Source of the DNA: Rhizophagus irregularis
Taxonomy: Eukaryota
Reading direction: 5' to 3'
DNA: 64,000 nucleotides
Assembly (NCBI RefSeq): GCF_026210795.1
Contig: NC_089435.1
Coordinates: 3,658,001 to 3,722,000, forward strand
The notes beneath the pieces are model-generated. The model did no database searches. It had not been told where the DNA came from and saw only the letters and a program-made list of their open reading frames with translations. The translations under genes were made by a program, and so were the position numbers. Of the stretch, positions 26,185 to 39,284 are shown in pieces (within the stretch, counting starts at the first letter, position 1; every line of letters starts with the position of its first letter).

Positions 26185-27944
26185 GAATTTATCAAAAATT
26201 TTTTTTTACTTTAACTTCAGAACATATTATTAAACCAGTCATAAATATACAATGTCCAGATAAATTCACAAGTATTTTAATAGTTAATTCGCCAATTAGA
26301 GTATTCTTGGATTTCTGGAAGAATGTGATGAGAAGCCATTTCAAAAAAAAATTGATAAATATATTAAAGATCTCAAGATTATTGCTAACTACGAATAGGA
26401 AAAAGACAAGAATAGGCAAATCTTCTTCTTTCAAGATATAGGAAGGCAAGTAATACTTTTTTTATTAGAAATGTATATGGAAAATAATGGTATGTTTGGC
26501 AGAGATCTGCTCGATTACTTGTCATTCAAAACTGTTCACCGAGCCATAAAACCAGTGTTGAGCCACAAATAACCTGCTCGGTTGTCTGATATATAAAGGC
26601 TGTTCACCAATCCAGCATTAGACCTACTAGGTACAGATGACCTGCTCAGTTGTCTGATGTTCTGGTGGGTTGGAAATTGGAAACGTGTTAGTTGAAAATA
26701 TTACTAATTTCAAATCTTATTAGGATTCTCAACCTAATTTTAAATTAGCGAAAAAATGGGAAAAGGAGCACTTGCGCAAGCAGATTCACTATCACTGGCC
26801 AACAATTACAGATATCAATGGAAATATGACCAGAAATATAGGAACAATAACTGGAGGATCATTTATTGTTAGATCAAAGAGAAAACAGGAAGAGGTACAG
26901 AAATGCTTTTTGCTGAAAATTTTGAGAATCGATAAATCTGATGATAAAAGAAATCTTTTGTATTTAGTCAGATGATGATTTTAACCGCTAAAAACTCCTC
27001 AACAAAGAAATTATCTCTTCTGAAAAAGATTAGAATATTTATGTTGCCTTGGTTTAATTAGATTCAATAATTTTTAATTCATGAATCGAACTCAAATCTG
27101 AAATTTTAATTCAAACTCAAATCCAAATCGAGCTTGATTCGATTCAATCATATAACATTACACAAAATTCCAAAAAAAGAAAAATTTTATTTTCCACAAA
27201 AATGGAAAAAAGTATCACACAAGTTTTCAAAAAAGGAAATTTATTTTGCTGATCCTCAGAATTTACTTTTTGGACGATACCTATTTCACAAAAATAATTT
27301 TTTGTGAAATGTGCAGATATCCTTTTTAGATCTTGTATAATATTCAACCTAAAAATGAAAGATCAGTGATTCATTAAATTGAATCAAATTCCGAATCCCG
27401 AATCTAGCCTGATTTGATTTAATCAAATCCAAATCTAACCTGATTCAATTCAATTCAATTCATGAATAATACTACTTTGTGCAGTATCATACCAGCAATA
27501 ACACAGAAAAAATTAAGCAATAAAGATATGATTAAAATATCTTCGTTTATTGAATTTGTTATCAGATTTTCTTCTAATAAAGTTATTCTTAAATCAGATT
27601 TGAGTCAGTTATATTTTCTACTACTTCAAGATAAAGCATTTTAATTTATATTATAGAATTAATTTAAAATTTATCCTAGATTATTTTTTAATTTTAATCA
27701 CCCATGAAATTCACACCTCTTGATTTGTGTTACATTTCACAATTTTTTATTTATTTATTTATCACGTTATGATTATAAAAAAAAAAATTTTCTTTTTTAA
27801 AAAAATTTTAAAAGCTTTGTTATTAACACATATTAAACACTTTAACTCAGTTTTTTTACTTATATCTTGTGAAACTACAGGTATTTTATACAATTCATAG
27901 TATATTTGTTTCTAAATTTCTTTTGTATTATATTTTCTAATTTC

Positions 27945-28330
27945 AGAACATAATTTCGCCACTTTAGTCAAATGAAATCAACTTTCTTTATTAAGTGAAA
28001 AAGTTGTTCAACAATATTAAAACTACTTATATCTTAAATATCATAAGCATAGGTATAATACTTGTGAAGATATTCATGTTTACATAATGGCAATAATTTT
28101 TGAATTTTGAATTTTTTGTTTATTAAATTCAGAGTGTAATTTCACTACTTTACTCAAATGAAATCGATTTTCTTTATTAAGTGAAAATTGTTCAGAAAGG
28201 TGGAAAACATTTACATTTTAATTCATGAGTGTAGGTATAATGCTTGCAAAAATATCCATATTTTTCATAATAGTACTAATTTTTGAATTTTTCTTGCTAA
28301 AGAATATATTTCACCATTTTGGTCAACATT
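27945..28330. repeat. degenerate ~187-bp tandem repeat
   Basis: TAATTTCrCyACTTTAsTCAAATGAAATC..TTTCTTTATTAAGTGAAAA at ~27950 and ~28137, with a partial third copy at ~28305. Confidence 0.65.
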
Positions 28331-29650
28331 TTAGCTATCAAATTTTATAATGCTTTAATAAAGTAAAGAGGAAAATTTGCAATTTATTGACAATTTTATT
28401 TATTAAAAAATCAGTTTTACTTTATATGTATAAAATTTAAAAATCATATAACCAGGTGATTTTCACCTGAAGTAAGCATTAAAATCACCCCTATTTTATA
28501 ATATTTAAAAAAAAATTTTGAGCAAATTAATCCAAAAGTTATTTAAAGAATAATTATTTTGCAAAAATAATTTTTTGAAATATATTAGTAATTTTCATTA
28601 ATTCAAAAATAAATCATAAATTAATTTAATAAAATATGTTGATATTTTTTTTTTATTTTACAAAAAATAAACTTTTAAATTTTAGAAATAATTTTGTAAA
28701 TCCAGTATAAGAAAATTCTTTTTAATATTAATTTAAAAAAATATATTATTATTTTTTTATTTATAAAAAATAATAAATCTGTAAAAAATAAAAAACTTTT
28801 TCTACTACTGTTCATATTTATAATTTTAAAATATTTAAAATTTTATTTTTTATTTTTACTTAAAATAAACTTCTATTTTTTTTTAAATATATAAAACTTT
28901 AAGTTTTAGCTTAATAATGTTATTCATATCTGCCACCTGTTAATAAACAATATAAAATATTACAACTTTATTTATTATATTTAATTTAGATTTTAATATT
29001 CAACTTTATTAATTTATAATTTCAAATTGTGAGAGTTTTTTTACTCTCATAATATCAATAAACTATTAATTAATAATAATTAATATGGCATATTTAGTGA
29101 TGATATTAGACATTGTCCAATTCCCACAATTGGATTATTAGACATTGGACTAATTGGACATAGTCCACTCCATGTCTAAATGTCCAAAGTTCAAAAATGG
29201 GACAATCTATTTTGGCCCGCATTAAGTATTAATTTTGGCCAGAATTATACTAATACAATTTTCAAAATTGTAATAATATGACGTAATTTGCTGAGATTTT
29301 TGCAGATCTAAAAATCTAGATCAGATTTAAATACTAAACTACATTTGGATTGATAATCATTAATTACTGATCATTAACTTTATTTTTCAATATGGTTCGA
29401 AAAGGTCATTTTTTGACACCTTATGTAGTTGTTCTTCATTCTGTAAAAAAAGCAAATTCATGCAATAAATATGCTGTATGCCGAGCTTGTATTAGTGCTG
29501 TTGGAAAAGATGAAGCATACAAAAATAAATTTACCAATACTAAAAGAGAATGTACATGTCATTTTTGAAGTTATCCAAATTTTGCTAAAAAATATACAGT
29601 TCAAGAAATTAAAGATTTACTTGATAAAGCTGAAAGAGATGGAGCAAAAT

Positions 29651-29874
29651 AGGACCCCGAAATATATATAGAAAGGTCAGAGGCAGCCAAAAAATTTTTA
29701 CTAATAGCTGTACGCATTCTTTCAGGGCCGGAATTATGATAATTTTGGCGAGTGACCAAAAAAGGAAATATCTTTTCACCGGGAATTATCTAAAAAAGGA
29801 AAGATTTTCATGTTTTTTTTGGCTGGTTGTACGCAAACTCGGATCTGACCTTTTTATGTATATTTCGGGGTCCT
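29651..29874. mobile_element. 224-bp MITE (AGGACCC-ended family)
   Basis: TIR AGGACCCCGAAATATA..TATATTTCGGGGTCCT; flanking duplication AGCAAAAT. Confidence 0.9.
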
Positions 29875-30319
29875 AGCAAAATCTACATCTAAAAAAAAGA
29901 ATATTAAACCTCCAAAAAAGAGATCACATAGAACTAGTATTTCAAATGATTCTTCAAGTGAAAATGAATCTGATGCTTCTTATCATTCAATTGCTAATGA
30001 ATTTTCAGATAATGAAATTTCTCAAGATATTAATACTTTAGATAATTATATTTTTCGTCCTTTAACATCTGCACAAAAACATAAATTTGAACAACTTTTA
30101 TTAGAAGTTACAGTTTCATGTGGATTTGCATTTCAATAGGTAGAAAATGATGCGGTAAACCATTTATTTCACTGGCTTAATCCTATGATTACATTACTAT
30201 CAAAACTAGTATTAGGTGGGCAAATTCTTAAAGAAACAACAAGTAATGAATCAGAAATATTACTTAAAAATGCAAAAAGGGATCAATTTGATGTGACTCT
30301 TACTTTTGATGGTTGGAAA

Positions 30320-30563
30320 TAAGGTTGCTTGTCTAAACCTCTTCAAAATCCTACGATTAGTTTCGTTAAAATTTTACTATAGATTTATTATAGTTTCAAC
30401 AGAGTTTCGGCAGTTTCAGCATTTATAATAAGTTTCAGCAGTTTCGCCTTTCTTCAAAGTTTCACCAGTTTTTTAATATAACTTTAATATAGTTTTGGCA
30501 GAATTTCACTTTTCAGCGAAATGCCATCTTGCCTAAACCCCTAGGTTTCGGCAAGCAACCTTA
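30320..30563. mobile_element. 244-bp hAT-type MITE (copy 2)
   Basis: Same element as 25896-26139; 8-bp TSD GTTGGAAA. Inserted in the DGWK codons of the hAT transposase. Confidence 0.95.
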
Positions 30564-32575
30564 GTTGGAAAAATGTTGCGCATCAACATCTTTTAGGTAC
30601 TATTTTAATAACATCACTTGGTGATATTGTGATTTGGAAAGCAGCAGATTGTGAAGCAAAGTGGATTACTGGAAATGAGATTGTACATATTACAGAAAAA
30701 TTTTTACTGAACTTAAACAACAGAATATTAAAGTAAACAGCCTAATAACAGATTCAGCTTCTGAGAATACTGCAGCACAGTTAGTTAAATTTTTTTTATT
30801 TAATAATTTAAATATATATTTACATTTGTATTTTATTTTATTGTAGCAAGCGTCTACAACTTCTATATAGAAAAAAACTATTTTTACCATGTTATGCATA
30901 TCAGCTTAATCTTTGTGTAGGAGATATTTTTAAAGAATTGAGTTTTTTGTCTACTCTAGCTGGGCAAGCAGTTGGAATTACTTCATTTTTTAGTCAGGCA
31001 AAATTTTGGATTGGGAAATTACGTGAAGAACAGGCTGCTACTTATAAAAACAAATTTTATGCATTGATTGTTCCAAATGAAATGTGATAGAATTCGCATT
31101 ATTACTGTTTTTCAAGCTTGTTAAAATCAAAGGCCGCCCTTAAGGTATTATTAATTAATAATTATCCTACATAGTAATATTTTAAGCTTTAACTTTTTTT
31201 TTCATATTTTTTTTTAGAATTTAGCTACTAAAATTGAAGAGTAAGAATCTAATGATCTTTACGATTTTCCTGATGAATATCTTAATTGTATTTCAGATAA
31301 TGCATGGTGGAACAATATTAAGCAATTGGAAACTATTATGCTTCCTTACTGTGCTGCATTAAATCAATTACAACGATATAATTCTCAACTTCATGAAGTA
31401 CTCCATAGTTTTGGAAATATAGTAAATATTTTGCAATCACTTTCCAATTATACATTAAGCAAGCAACTTTTGCAAAAATTAGAAAAAAGATGGGCAGATT
31501 GGGAGCAGCCACTTTTACTTCTTTCATTTTTGCTTCATTCTGGATATCGTACAAAAAAATTTAATCCAGCAATTGAAAGTCTTGGATTTTTTCATCTTGG
31601 TTGGTGGATTACATATTACTACTGTGCTTGGTTTAATGAAGATCCAGAAGTTTTATTAGTTGAATTAGAAGCATATCGTCAAGAAAAATATCCTTATAAT
31701 AATGCAACTACACGTTAATTTCGTAATAATATTCTTGGATTTTGGAATTATGTTCGTGGTCATTCTAAAGAACTTTACCGAGTTGCAGCAAGAATTTTTT
31801 CTATTGCAGTAACTACAGCATCTTTAAAGCAGTTTTTTTCAACAATGGGATGGTTACACTCTAAAAGATGAAATCGTTTAAGTGTAAGAATCTTTATAAA
31901 ATTTTATTTTATTTTATTTTTATTTTTAATAATTATGTTGTTTAGTCCGAAAAAGTTCTAGGTATGGCACAAATTTGAGCATCTATGTTACGCAAGTTAA
32001 AACTTAAATGAATTGATGAAGAAGCTCAAAAATTTAAAAATATTAATATCGCTACATCTTTATCAACTACAGAAGATAACAATATATTGGAACAAGAAAC
32101 TGATAATATATCTGATAATGGATTTTCTGATACAGATTGCGATAATACTGCAAGTTTAAATATTAATAAAAATATACAAAATGTTGATGAATGGCATAGC
32201 ATGATATTTAAATGGCTTAGTATGTTGGATGATGAACAAGGTAATGAAGTGAAGATATTAGAAGAATTGAAAAATGATAGTAATAATAGCAATGATAACA
32301 AAATGGAATATGATATTAACATAATGAATATTTCAAATTTACCACATCCAGCAAGAGATAAAAATGCTAAATGGAGACTTCAGGATATTTTTACTGAAAA
32401 TTTGGGCGAACCTAGTTATTTGTCTGATTTTAAATAATCAATAGTTGACTTGTAGTTATTTTTCTGCTGATAAATTTGAATTCAATAAAAATACTTTAAT
32501 AAAAATATAATGTTTTAATAATTATTCTCTTTTTATAAGTCAAATTAAAAAATAAAATTTTGATATAATCTAAAT

Positions 32576-33088
32576 TAAAGCTGCCGCCCGAAATTATTTC
32601 CTAATTCCGAAATCCCGAAACCTTTCCGAAACTCCCGAAATTGTCCGAAACTTCTGATTGGCCTATTATAAAATCACATGACTTTATAAATTTGCTAAAA
32701 TTTTATCTGTATTCTAATTCCATAATTCTGGCTCCGTAGCGATCTTCCTGACACGTGTAGCTTCGTTTTAAGCCTATGTTCACTTTGTGTAACATTAGTG
32801 CATAAAGACGCATAATTTCCTTATATAGTATATAAGTTACACAAAGCGAACATAGGCTTAAATCAAAGCTACACGTGTCAGGAAGATCGCTACGGAGCCA
32901 GAATTATGGTATTAGAATACAGTTGTAATTTTGGTAAAAATTTTAATTTTGGTCACGTGATATTATAACAGCCAATCAGAATTTCGGAATAGTTTCGGCA
33001 TTTCGGAATTAAGTATTTTTCCTAAATTAATTTTACCATTTTGGTTTCGGCAAATGGTAAAATTCCCTAATTTCGGGCGGCAGCTTTA
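32576..33088. mobile_element. 513-bp foldback MITE, hAT-type
   Basis: TIR TAAAGCTGCCGCCCGAAATTA / TAATTTCGGGCGGCAGCTTTA; 8-bp TSD ATCTAAAT; long internal inverted repeat (~32650-32795 vs ~32835-32985). Confidence 0.93.
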
Positions 33089-34050
33089 ATCTAAATGTCC
33101 AATTGATCATTTGGACTTAGATTGGACAATGTCCAATAGTCCAAATGTCCAAATGTCCAAATGTCCAATAGTCCAAATAATCATCACTGGGCATATTTAT
33201 CTATAAGAAATGGTAAAAGAATCAAAATAATTAGGAATATATATTAAAATTATATTTTATTAACCTTTATTTAATATTTTTACAAATTAATAATTTTGTG
33301 TTAATATTTGTTTTTTTATCTTAAAAGATGGTAGTGAATCTAAAATCTAAATCTAGAATCAAAGATATTTATATAAAATTATACTGTAGTTCTATTAAAC
33401 TATTTTATTTCAAGTTATTTATTGTAATTAATTTATCATAACTAATTATAATTTATAAATATTCTACATTTCTTACCATTTTTTTCTTATAATTTTTTTT
33501 TTATTACTTAAATTTTTATTAATTTTATTATTTCTTCCAAACTATAAATATCTAATTTAAATATAAATGACTATAAATAAATATAAATAAACTATAAATA
33601 AATAGCTAGAACTATAAATAAATTCTTATGTAATAATAAGTTATTATATTCTTCAATTATCTCAATTAAATATTCTTTTTTTAGTTAAATGCTTATCTAT
33701 ATTCCATTTGGTATATTATTTATTTTTTGATTAAATATTTATCCAATTATATGATTACTGAATATTTATAATTATAATAGAAAATCTTTTATTGGATATT
33801 TGGTTTATTTTTTACTTTTCTTATATTTATAAGTTATCATTTATTTTTGTAAGATTTCTGGATTTTCTTCAAGATAAAATGACTTAAAGAGGTATTTAAA
33901 ACAAGCAAAATAGTATTTATTTTAAAATGTAAAAATCTTACTTTTAACAAATACTGATAAGTAAAATAATAATACCTGATAAAATAAAAAAAATTTATAA
34001 TAAATTTTTTATTAATAAACAGTTTGTTTGCTTTTTGCATAATAATAATC

Positions 34051-34207
34051 TAGTAAATAGTTTTTGTATAAATTTGTATCAAATAGGCTCATCTATATAT
34101 AATTGGCTCTAGATTGGATTAAATTTGGATTATTTTTTGTATAAACTTGAGCTAATTTTGAGCTAATGAGTCTTTTTGATATAAATTTATACAAAAACTA
34201 TTTACTA
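34051..34207. mobile_element. 157-bp MITE-like inverted repeat
   Basis: TAGTAAATAGTTTTTGTATAAATTTGTATCAAA..GCTCAT is mirrored by ATGAGT..TTGATATAAATTTATACAAAAACTATTTACTA. Confidence 0.8.
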
Positions 34208-34319
34208 CATCAGGAATTTAAACACGGCATAATGTTCCGTAAGTTTACAGATTTTCGTAAAATTACGTACATTTATGGCATAATGTTCCGTAGATTTACA
34301 GATTTCCGTAAATCTACGT

Positions 34320-36462
34320 AATTTTACGATCGAAATATTCCGAAATAATACAGGATCGTAAATATACCGAAGCATTACGATCGAAATATTCCGAAATAAT
34401 ACGTGATCATAAATGTTCCGAAGCATTACGGTCAAAATATTCCGTAATAATACGTGATCGCAAATGTTTCGAAACATTACGATCAAAATATTCTGTAATA
34501 ATACGTGATCGTAAATGTTCTGAAGCATTACGATCGAAATATTCCGTAATAATACGTGATCGAAAATGTTCCGAAGCATTACGATCGAAATATTCTGTAA
34601 TAATACGATATCGCAATTGTTCCGAAGCATTACGATCGAAATATTCTGTAATAATACGTGATCGCAATTGTTCCGAAGCATTACGATCGAAATATTCCGT
34701 AATAATACGTGATCGAAAATGTTCTGAAGCATTACGATCGAAATATTCCGTAATAATATGATATCGCAATTGTTCCGAAGCATTACGATCGAAATATTCC
34801 GTAATAATACGTGATCGTAAATGTTTCGAAACATTACGATCAAAATATTCCGTAATAATACGATATCGTAAATGTTTCGAAGCATTACGATCGAAATATT
34901 CCCGTAATAATACGTGATCGTAAATGTTTCGAAACATTACGATCGAAATATTCCGTAATAATACGTGATCGTAAATGTTTCGTAACATTACGGTCAAAAT
35001 ATTCCGTAATAATACGTGATCGCAATTGTTCCGAAGCATTACGATCGAAATATTCCATAATAATACGTGATCGTAAATGTTTCGAAACATTACGATCGAA
35101 ATATTCCGTAATAATACGATATCGTAAATGTTTTGAAGCATTACGATCGAAATATTCCGTAATAATACGTGATCGTAAATGTTTCGAAACATTACGATCG
35201 AAATATTCCGTAATAATACGTGATCGTAAATGTTTCGAAACATTACGGTCAAAATATTCCGTAATAATACGTGATCGCAATTGTTTCGAAGCATTACGAT
35301 CGAAATATTCCGTAATAATACGTGATCGAAAATGTTCCGAAGCATTACGATCGAAATATTCCGTAATAATATGATATCGCAATTATTCCGAAGCATTACG
35401 ATCGAAATATTCCGTAATAATACGTGATCGTAAATGTTTCGAAACATTACGATCGAAATATTCTGTAATAATACGATATCGTAAATGTTTCGAAGCATTA
35501 CGATCGAAATATTCTGTAATAATACGTGATCGTAAATGTTTCGAAACATTACGATCGAAATATTCCGGAATAATACATGATCGTAAATGTTTCGAAACAT
35601 TACGGTCAAAATATTTCGTAGAATTACGATATTGTAAATGTTCCGAAGCATTATGATCGAAATATTCCGTAATAATACGTGATCGTAAATGTTTCGAAAC
35701 ATTACGATCGAAATATTCTGTAATAATACGTGATCGTAAATGTTTCGAAACATTACGGTCAAAATATTCCGTAGAATTACGATATTGTAAATGTTCTGAA
35801 GCATTACGATCGAAATATTCCATAATAATACGTGATCGTAAATGTTTCAAAACATTACGATCGAAATATTCCGTAATAATATGATATCGCAATTGTTCCG
35901 AAGCATTACGATCGAAATATTCCGTAATAATACGATATCGTAAATATTCCGAAGCATTACGATCAAAATATTCCGTAAAATTATGATATCGCAATTGTTC
36001 CAAAGCATTACGATCGAAATATTCCGTAATAATACGTGATCGTAAATATTCCAAAGCATCGAAGCATTACGGTCAAAATATTCCGTAATAATACGTGATC
36101 GTAAATATTAGCCCTGTTCATTTCCGATCGGGTACATTTTTCGGTCAGATTTTGTTGTACAAAAATTATCCAATAAAATTTTTTTATTTTTGATCGCAAA
36201 TTGAACTGCTTTAGATTGAAATTTAGTTCAAACTCCTTGTATTTCCTGTAACTGATTTTGTTAGGATTAAAAAGGAAATTATAACTTATGTCTTTTTCTT
36301 AAATATCACGTAAACAGAAATTATCTAATTTTGGTTGGTTGTTTTTGGTATTCAAAACGGGCTAAAAGTTCAGAAAATGGTTGCGTTGTACACCGAAAAA
36401 TGCGATCGACCGGAAATGAACAGGGCTATTTTGAAGCGTTACGGTCGAAATATTCTGTAATA
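34320..36462. repeat. left subterminal 51-bp tandem array (~35 copies)
   Basis: Unit CATTACGATCGAAATATTCCGTAATAATACGTGATCGTAAATGTTTCGAAA. The 17-aa periodicity of the spurious ORFs confirms the 51-bp period. The last unit is split by a MITE. Confidence 0.95.
36110..36427. mobile_element. 318-bp MITE, PIF/Harbinger-like
   Basis: TIR AGCCCTGTTCATTTCCG / CGGAAATGAACAGGGCT; 3-bp duplication ATT. Removing it restores an array unit (GTAAATATTTTGAAGC). Confidence 0.85.
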
Positions 36463-36727
36463 AATTCAATAACTTATATTACGCTACGTAACTTATCTCA
36501 TCTGGTAATTCAAGTTTCTAAAATAATCATTCTTATTTATTACAATCGTAATATTTCACATTTACACAAAATAAAGTGGCCAACTACATAATGATCAAAT
36601 ATATTTTACCCGAACATGTATTTATTTATTGACTTGAAAATTATCTCCTTTATTAAAATAAATGGGATATTAAAATATATGGGGGGATATTAAAATATAA
36701 AAAATATATGCATAGTCAATTATTATT

Positions 36728-38112
36728 TTATTTTTTATATTGTTTTTTTAATCGCCTCATTCTTTCTTTTGTCTCTTCATCCGTACTACTTATATAAATT
36801 CTTCCGCCTTCCTCCTCGTCTTCTTCTCTTATCTCGTTTTCTTCCTCTTCTTGTAATACTTCTTCTGCTTCGTCAGCTACTTCTTCTGCTTCATCAACTT
36901 CTGCTGCTTCATCAACTCCTTTGTTTGTCTCTTCAGCTTCTTAGGAAGCTTCTATTTCGTCATTATCGGAATATGAATAATTATCCTTACTTGTAATTTT
37001 TTTCTAAGAAGTAAAACAAAATTAGTTTTTAAATATTACTATTTATTCAAATTTCTAATGCTTACCAAATTCTTCGTTAAAACGGGTTTTATGACAGATT
37101 CTGTAACCTGAATATGTAAATTTTTCGGATTTAAAATAATTTCACAAATACTTATTGCATATGCAATTTGCATATTAGATAATTGATTTTTGCCTTTAAG
37201 TATTTGAAGGATTCTCGACATATATGTCTCCGGATCCGGATTCTTGATTTTTTTGAATAAATTACCGTAACAATTTTTCACGGCTGGGCTCCCTTTCCAT
37301 TTTCTTATTTCGCTTTCCTTTAATGCCGTGTTTACGGCAGGGATTGTGGGAAGGTTAAATTCTTTAAAAACGACATACATTATGTCTTTCACTTTAGAAG
37401 CTAAAGAACCCCGGGCACTACGATGTTTAGCTAGAAGCTAAAGAAAAGATTTTAAATTTAAATTTCAATAAATTAATGTAAAATCGTAATTTCTCAAAAC
37501 TTACGGGAGAAGCAATATTTTTTTCATAAAATATAATCCATTTATCATATCTTTTAAACCGTTTAATAAAATCATCGTAGTTTTCATTCATATAATTATT
37601 AGTGAACTCTCAAAGTTCATCGGGGGTAGGATATATTGAAGCTTCAAGTAACTTTTTAGCAACTTCTTTGATTATTTTCTATAATCAAAAATATAATGAT
37701 TTAATGAGGAATTACTACTAAATGTTCAACCATGATTTACGTAAATATTTGTATTTTTGGGTCTTACCTTTATATATTCTTCATCCCCTTGATTACTATC
37801 ATTATTTTTATCGACCGATTCTTCTACTTTCGATACTCTGTTTTCTAAAGCCTTTTGGTTGGAAATAATTATATCCAGTTTGGATAAAATTTTTGTATTC
37901 TGGCGCAATATTTTCGTTAAAGCTTCTTTATAACAGTAGAATATAAATAATATAAATAATAATATATTAGTAATAATTATTTTTATTTTTCAAAAATATA
38001 TAATTTAACCAACCATTAATTAATTCATCGGAAGATTCGTCGGTTTTTCTCCGTTTGTCTACATGCTCGACTGTTTCAGTGTTTTTTTTTTATTATTATT
38101 ATTTTTGTCCAT
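36728..38112 (-). pseudogene. transposon accessory gene, divergent copy (coiled coil + helical domain + acidic tail), 5 exons
   Basis: ILSKLDIIISNQKALENRVSKVEE | ..KKLLEASIYPTPDEL*..WIIFYEKNI | ..HRSARGSLASKVKD..PAVNT..SEIRKWKGSPAVKNCYGNLF..IAYAISICEIILNP | E-rich tail. Homologous to the four + strand copies. Two in-frame stops and an A10 homopolymer frameshift. Confidence 0.75.
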
Positions 38113-38169
38113 GATTGAAAAAATGAAAAAAAAAGAGAAATTTAACGGATAGAAGAGAAGAAAGGAGTT

Positions 38170-39166
38170 TAACGGATGAATTGAGAGAGAAAAGAAAGGG
38201 GTTGGTTAATGGATAAAGGAGAGTTTGAAGGATGCCTGTGAAACAATAGCATGAGTTTTTTTTCTGTTAGTGGACTTGCATTGCGTTGCAAAATTTTTTT
38301 TTTTTTTTGAAAGGATTTGTTAAGGGGTGTGAAAAAGAAATAGAAAAGACATGAACTTGCATATATTTCTAAAAAAAAAAAATCTGGGAACATTTGCAAA
38401 TCCAGTAGAAGAAAAAAGGTATAAAAAAAAAAAATCTGGGAACATTTGCAAATCCAGTAGAAGAAAAAAGGCATGAAATGAAAAATGAGCAAGACGCTCG
38501 AGAGACTAAATCTGCAGACAAAAAAGATGAGGACCAAGCCTAAACGGATAGATTGAAAGGGGTTGGTTAATGGATAAAGGAGAGTTTGAAGGATGCCTGT
38601 GAAACAATAGCATGAGTTTTTTTCTGTTAGTGGACTCGCATTGCGTTGCAAATTTTTTTTTTGAAAAGGATTTTGTTAAGGGGTGTGAAAAAGAAAATAG
38701 AAAAGACATGAACTTGCATATATTTCTAAAAAAAAAAAAAAAAAATCTGGGAACATTTGCAAATCCAGTAGAAGAAAAAAGGCATGAAATGAAAAATGAG
38801 CAAGACGCTCGAGAGACTAAATCTGCAGACAAAAAAGATGAGGACCAAGCCTAAACGGATAGATTGAAAGGGGTTGGTTAATGGATAAAGGAGAGTTTGA
38901 AGGATGCCTGTGAAACAATAGCATGAGTTTTTTTCTGTTAGTGGACTCGCATTGCGTTGCAAATTTTTTTTTGAAAAGGATTTTGTTAAGGGGTGTGAAA
39001 AAGAAAATAGAAAAGACATGAACTTGCATATATTTCTAAAAAAAAAAAAAAAAAAAAAATCTGGGAACATTTGCAAATCCAGTAGAAGAAAAAAGGCATG
39101 AAATGAAAAATGAGCAAGACGCTCGAGAGACTAAATCTGCAGACAAAAAAGATGAGGACCAAGCCT
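38170..39166. repeat. ~311-bp tandem repeat x3
   Basis: GAAAGGGGTTGGTTAATGGATAAAGGAGAGTTTGAAGGATGCC...GACCAAGCCTA at ~38194, 38555 and 38866; copies nearly identical. Confidence 0.95.
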
Positions 39167-39284
39167 ACAGAAGATGAACAGAAACAATGCATATTTATAT
39201 ATTTTATTGTTTGTAAATCTTTCTATATACTGTTGTTTGTTAAAAAAAATTATTTGATCATTATGCGTAATGATCGACTACACA

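Larger units (their letters stand above)
29392..32437 (+). pseudogene. hAT transposase (Zn-finger, DUF659-type DGW, hAT C-terminal dimerisation region)
   Basis: Motifs: AVCRAC; TFDGW|KNVAHQHLLG (restored after removing the MITE); LITDSASE; PCYAYQLNL; a decayed TRWNS; FWNY..ELYRVAARIFSIAVTTAS..FFS. Many stop codons and two MITE insertions in the coding region. Confidence 0.88.
29095..33189 (+). mobile_element. full-length but inactive hAT DNA transposon
   Basis: TIR TAGTGATGAT / ATCATCACTG; 8-bp TSD GGCATATT (29087-94, 33190-97); subterminal TGTCCAA/TTGGAC repeats at both ends. Confidence 0.93.

Noticed and set aside
27068..27475. Possible MITE with ATTCATGAAT ends and GATTC/GAATC repeats
   Set aside because: The TIR is degenerate and no TSD is readable.
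34205..36199. Long ORFs (up to 465 aa) on the minus strand
   Set aside because: They are translations of the 51-bp array, open in several frames at once, with no evidence of being genes.
36769..36996. Leu-rich plus-strand ORF
   Set aside because: Antisense shadow of the acidic tail exon.
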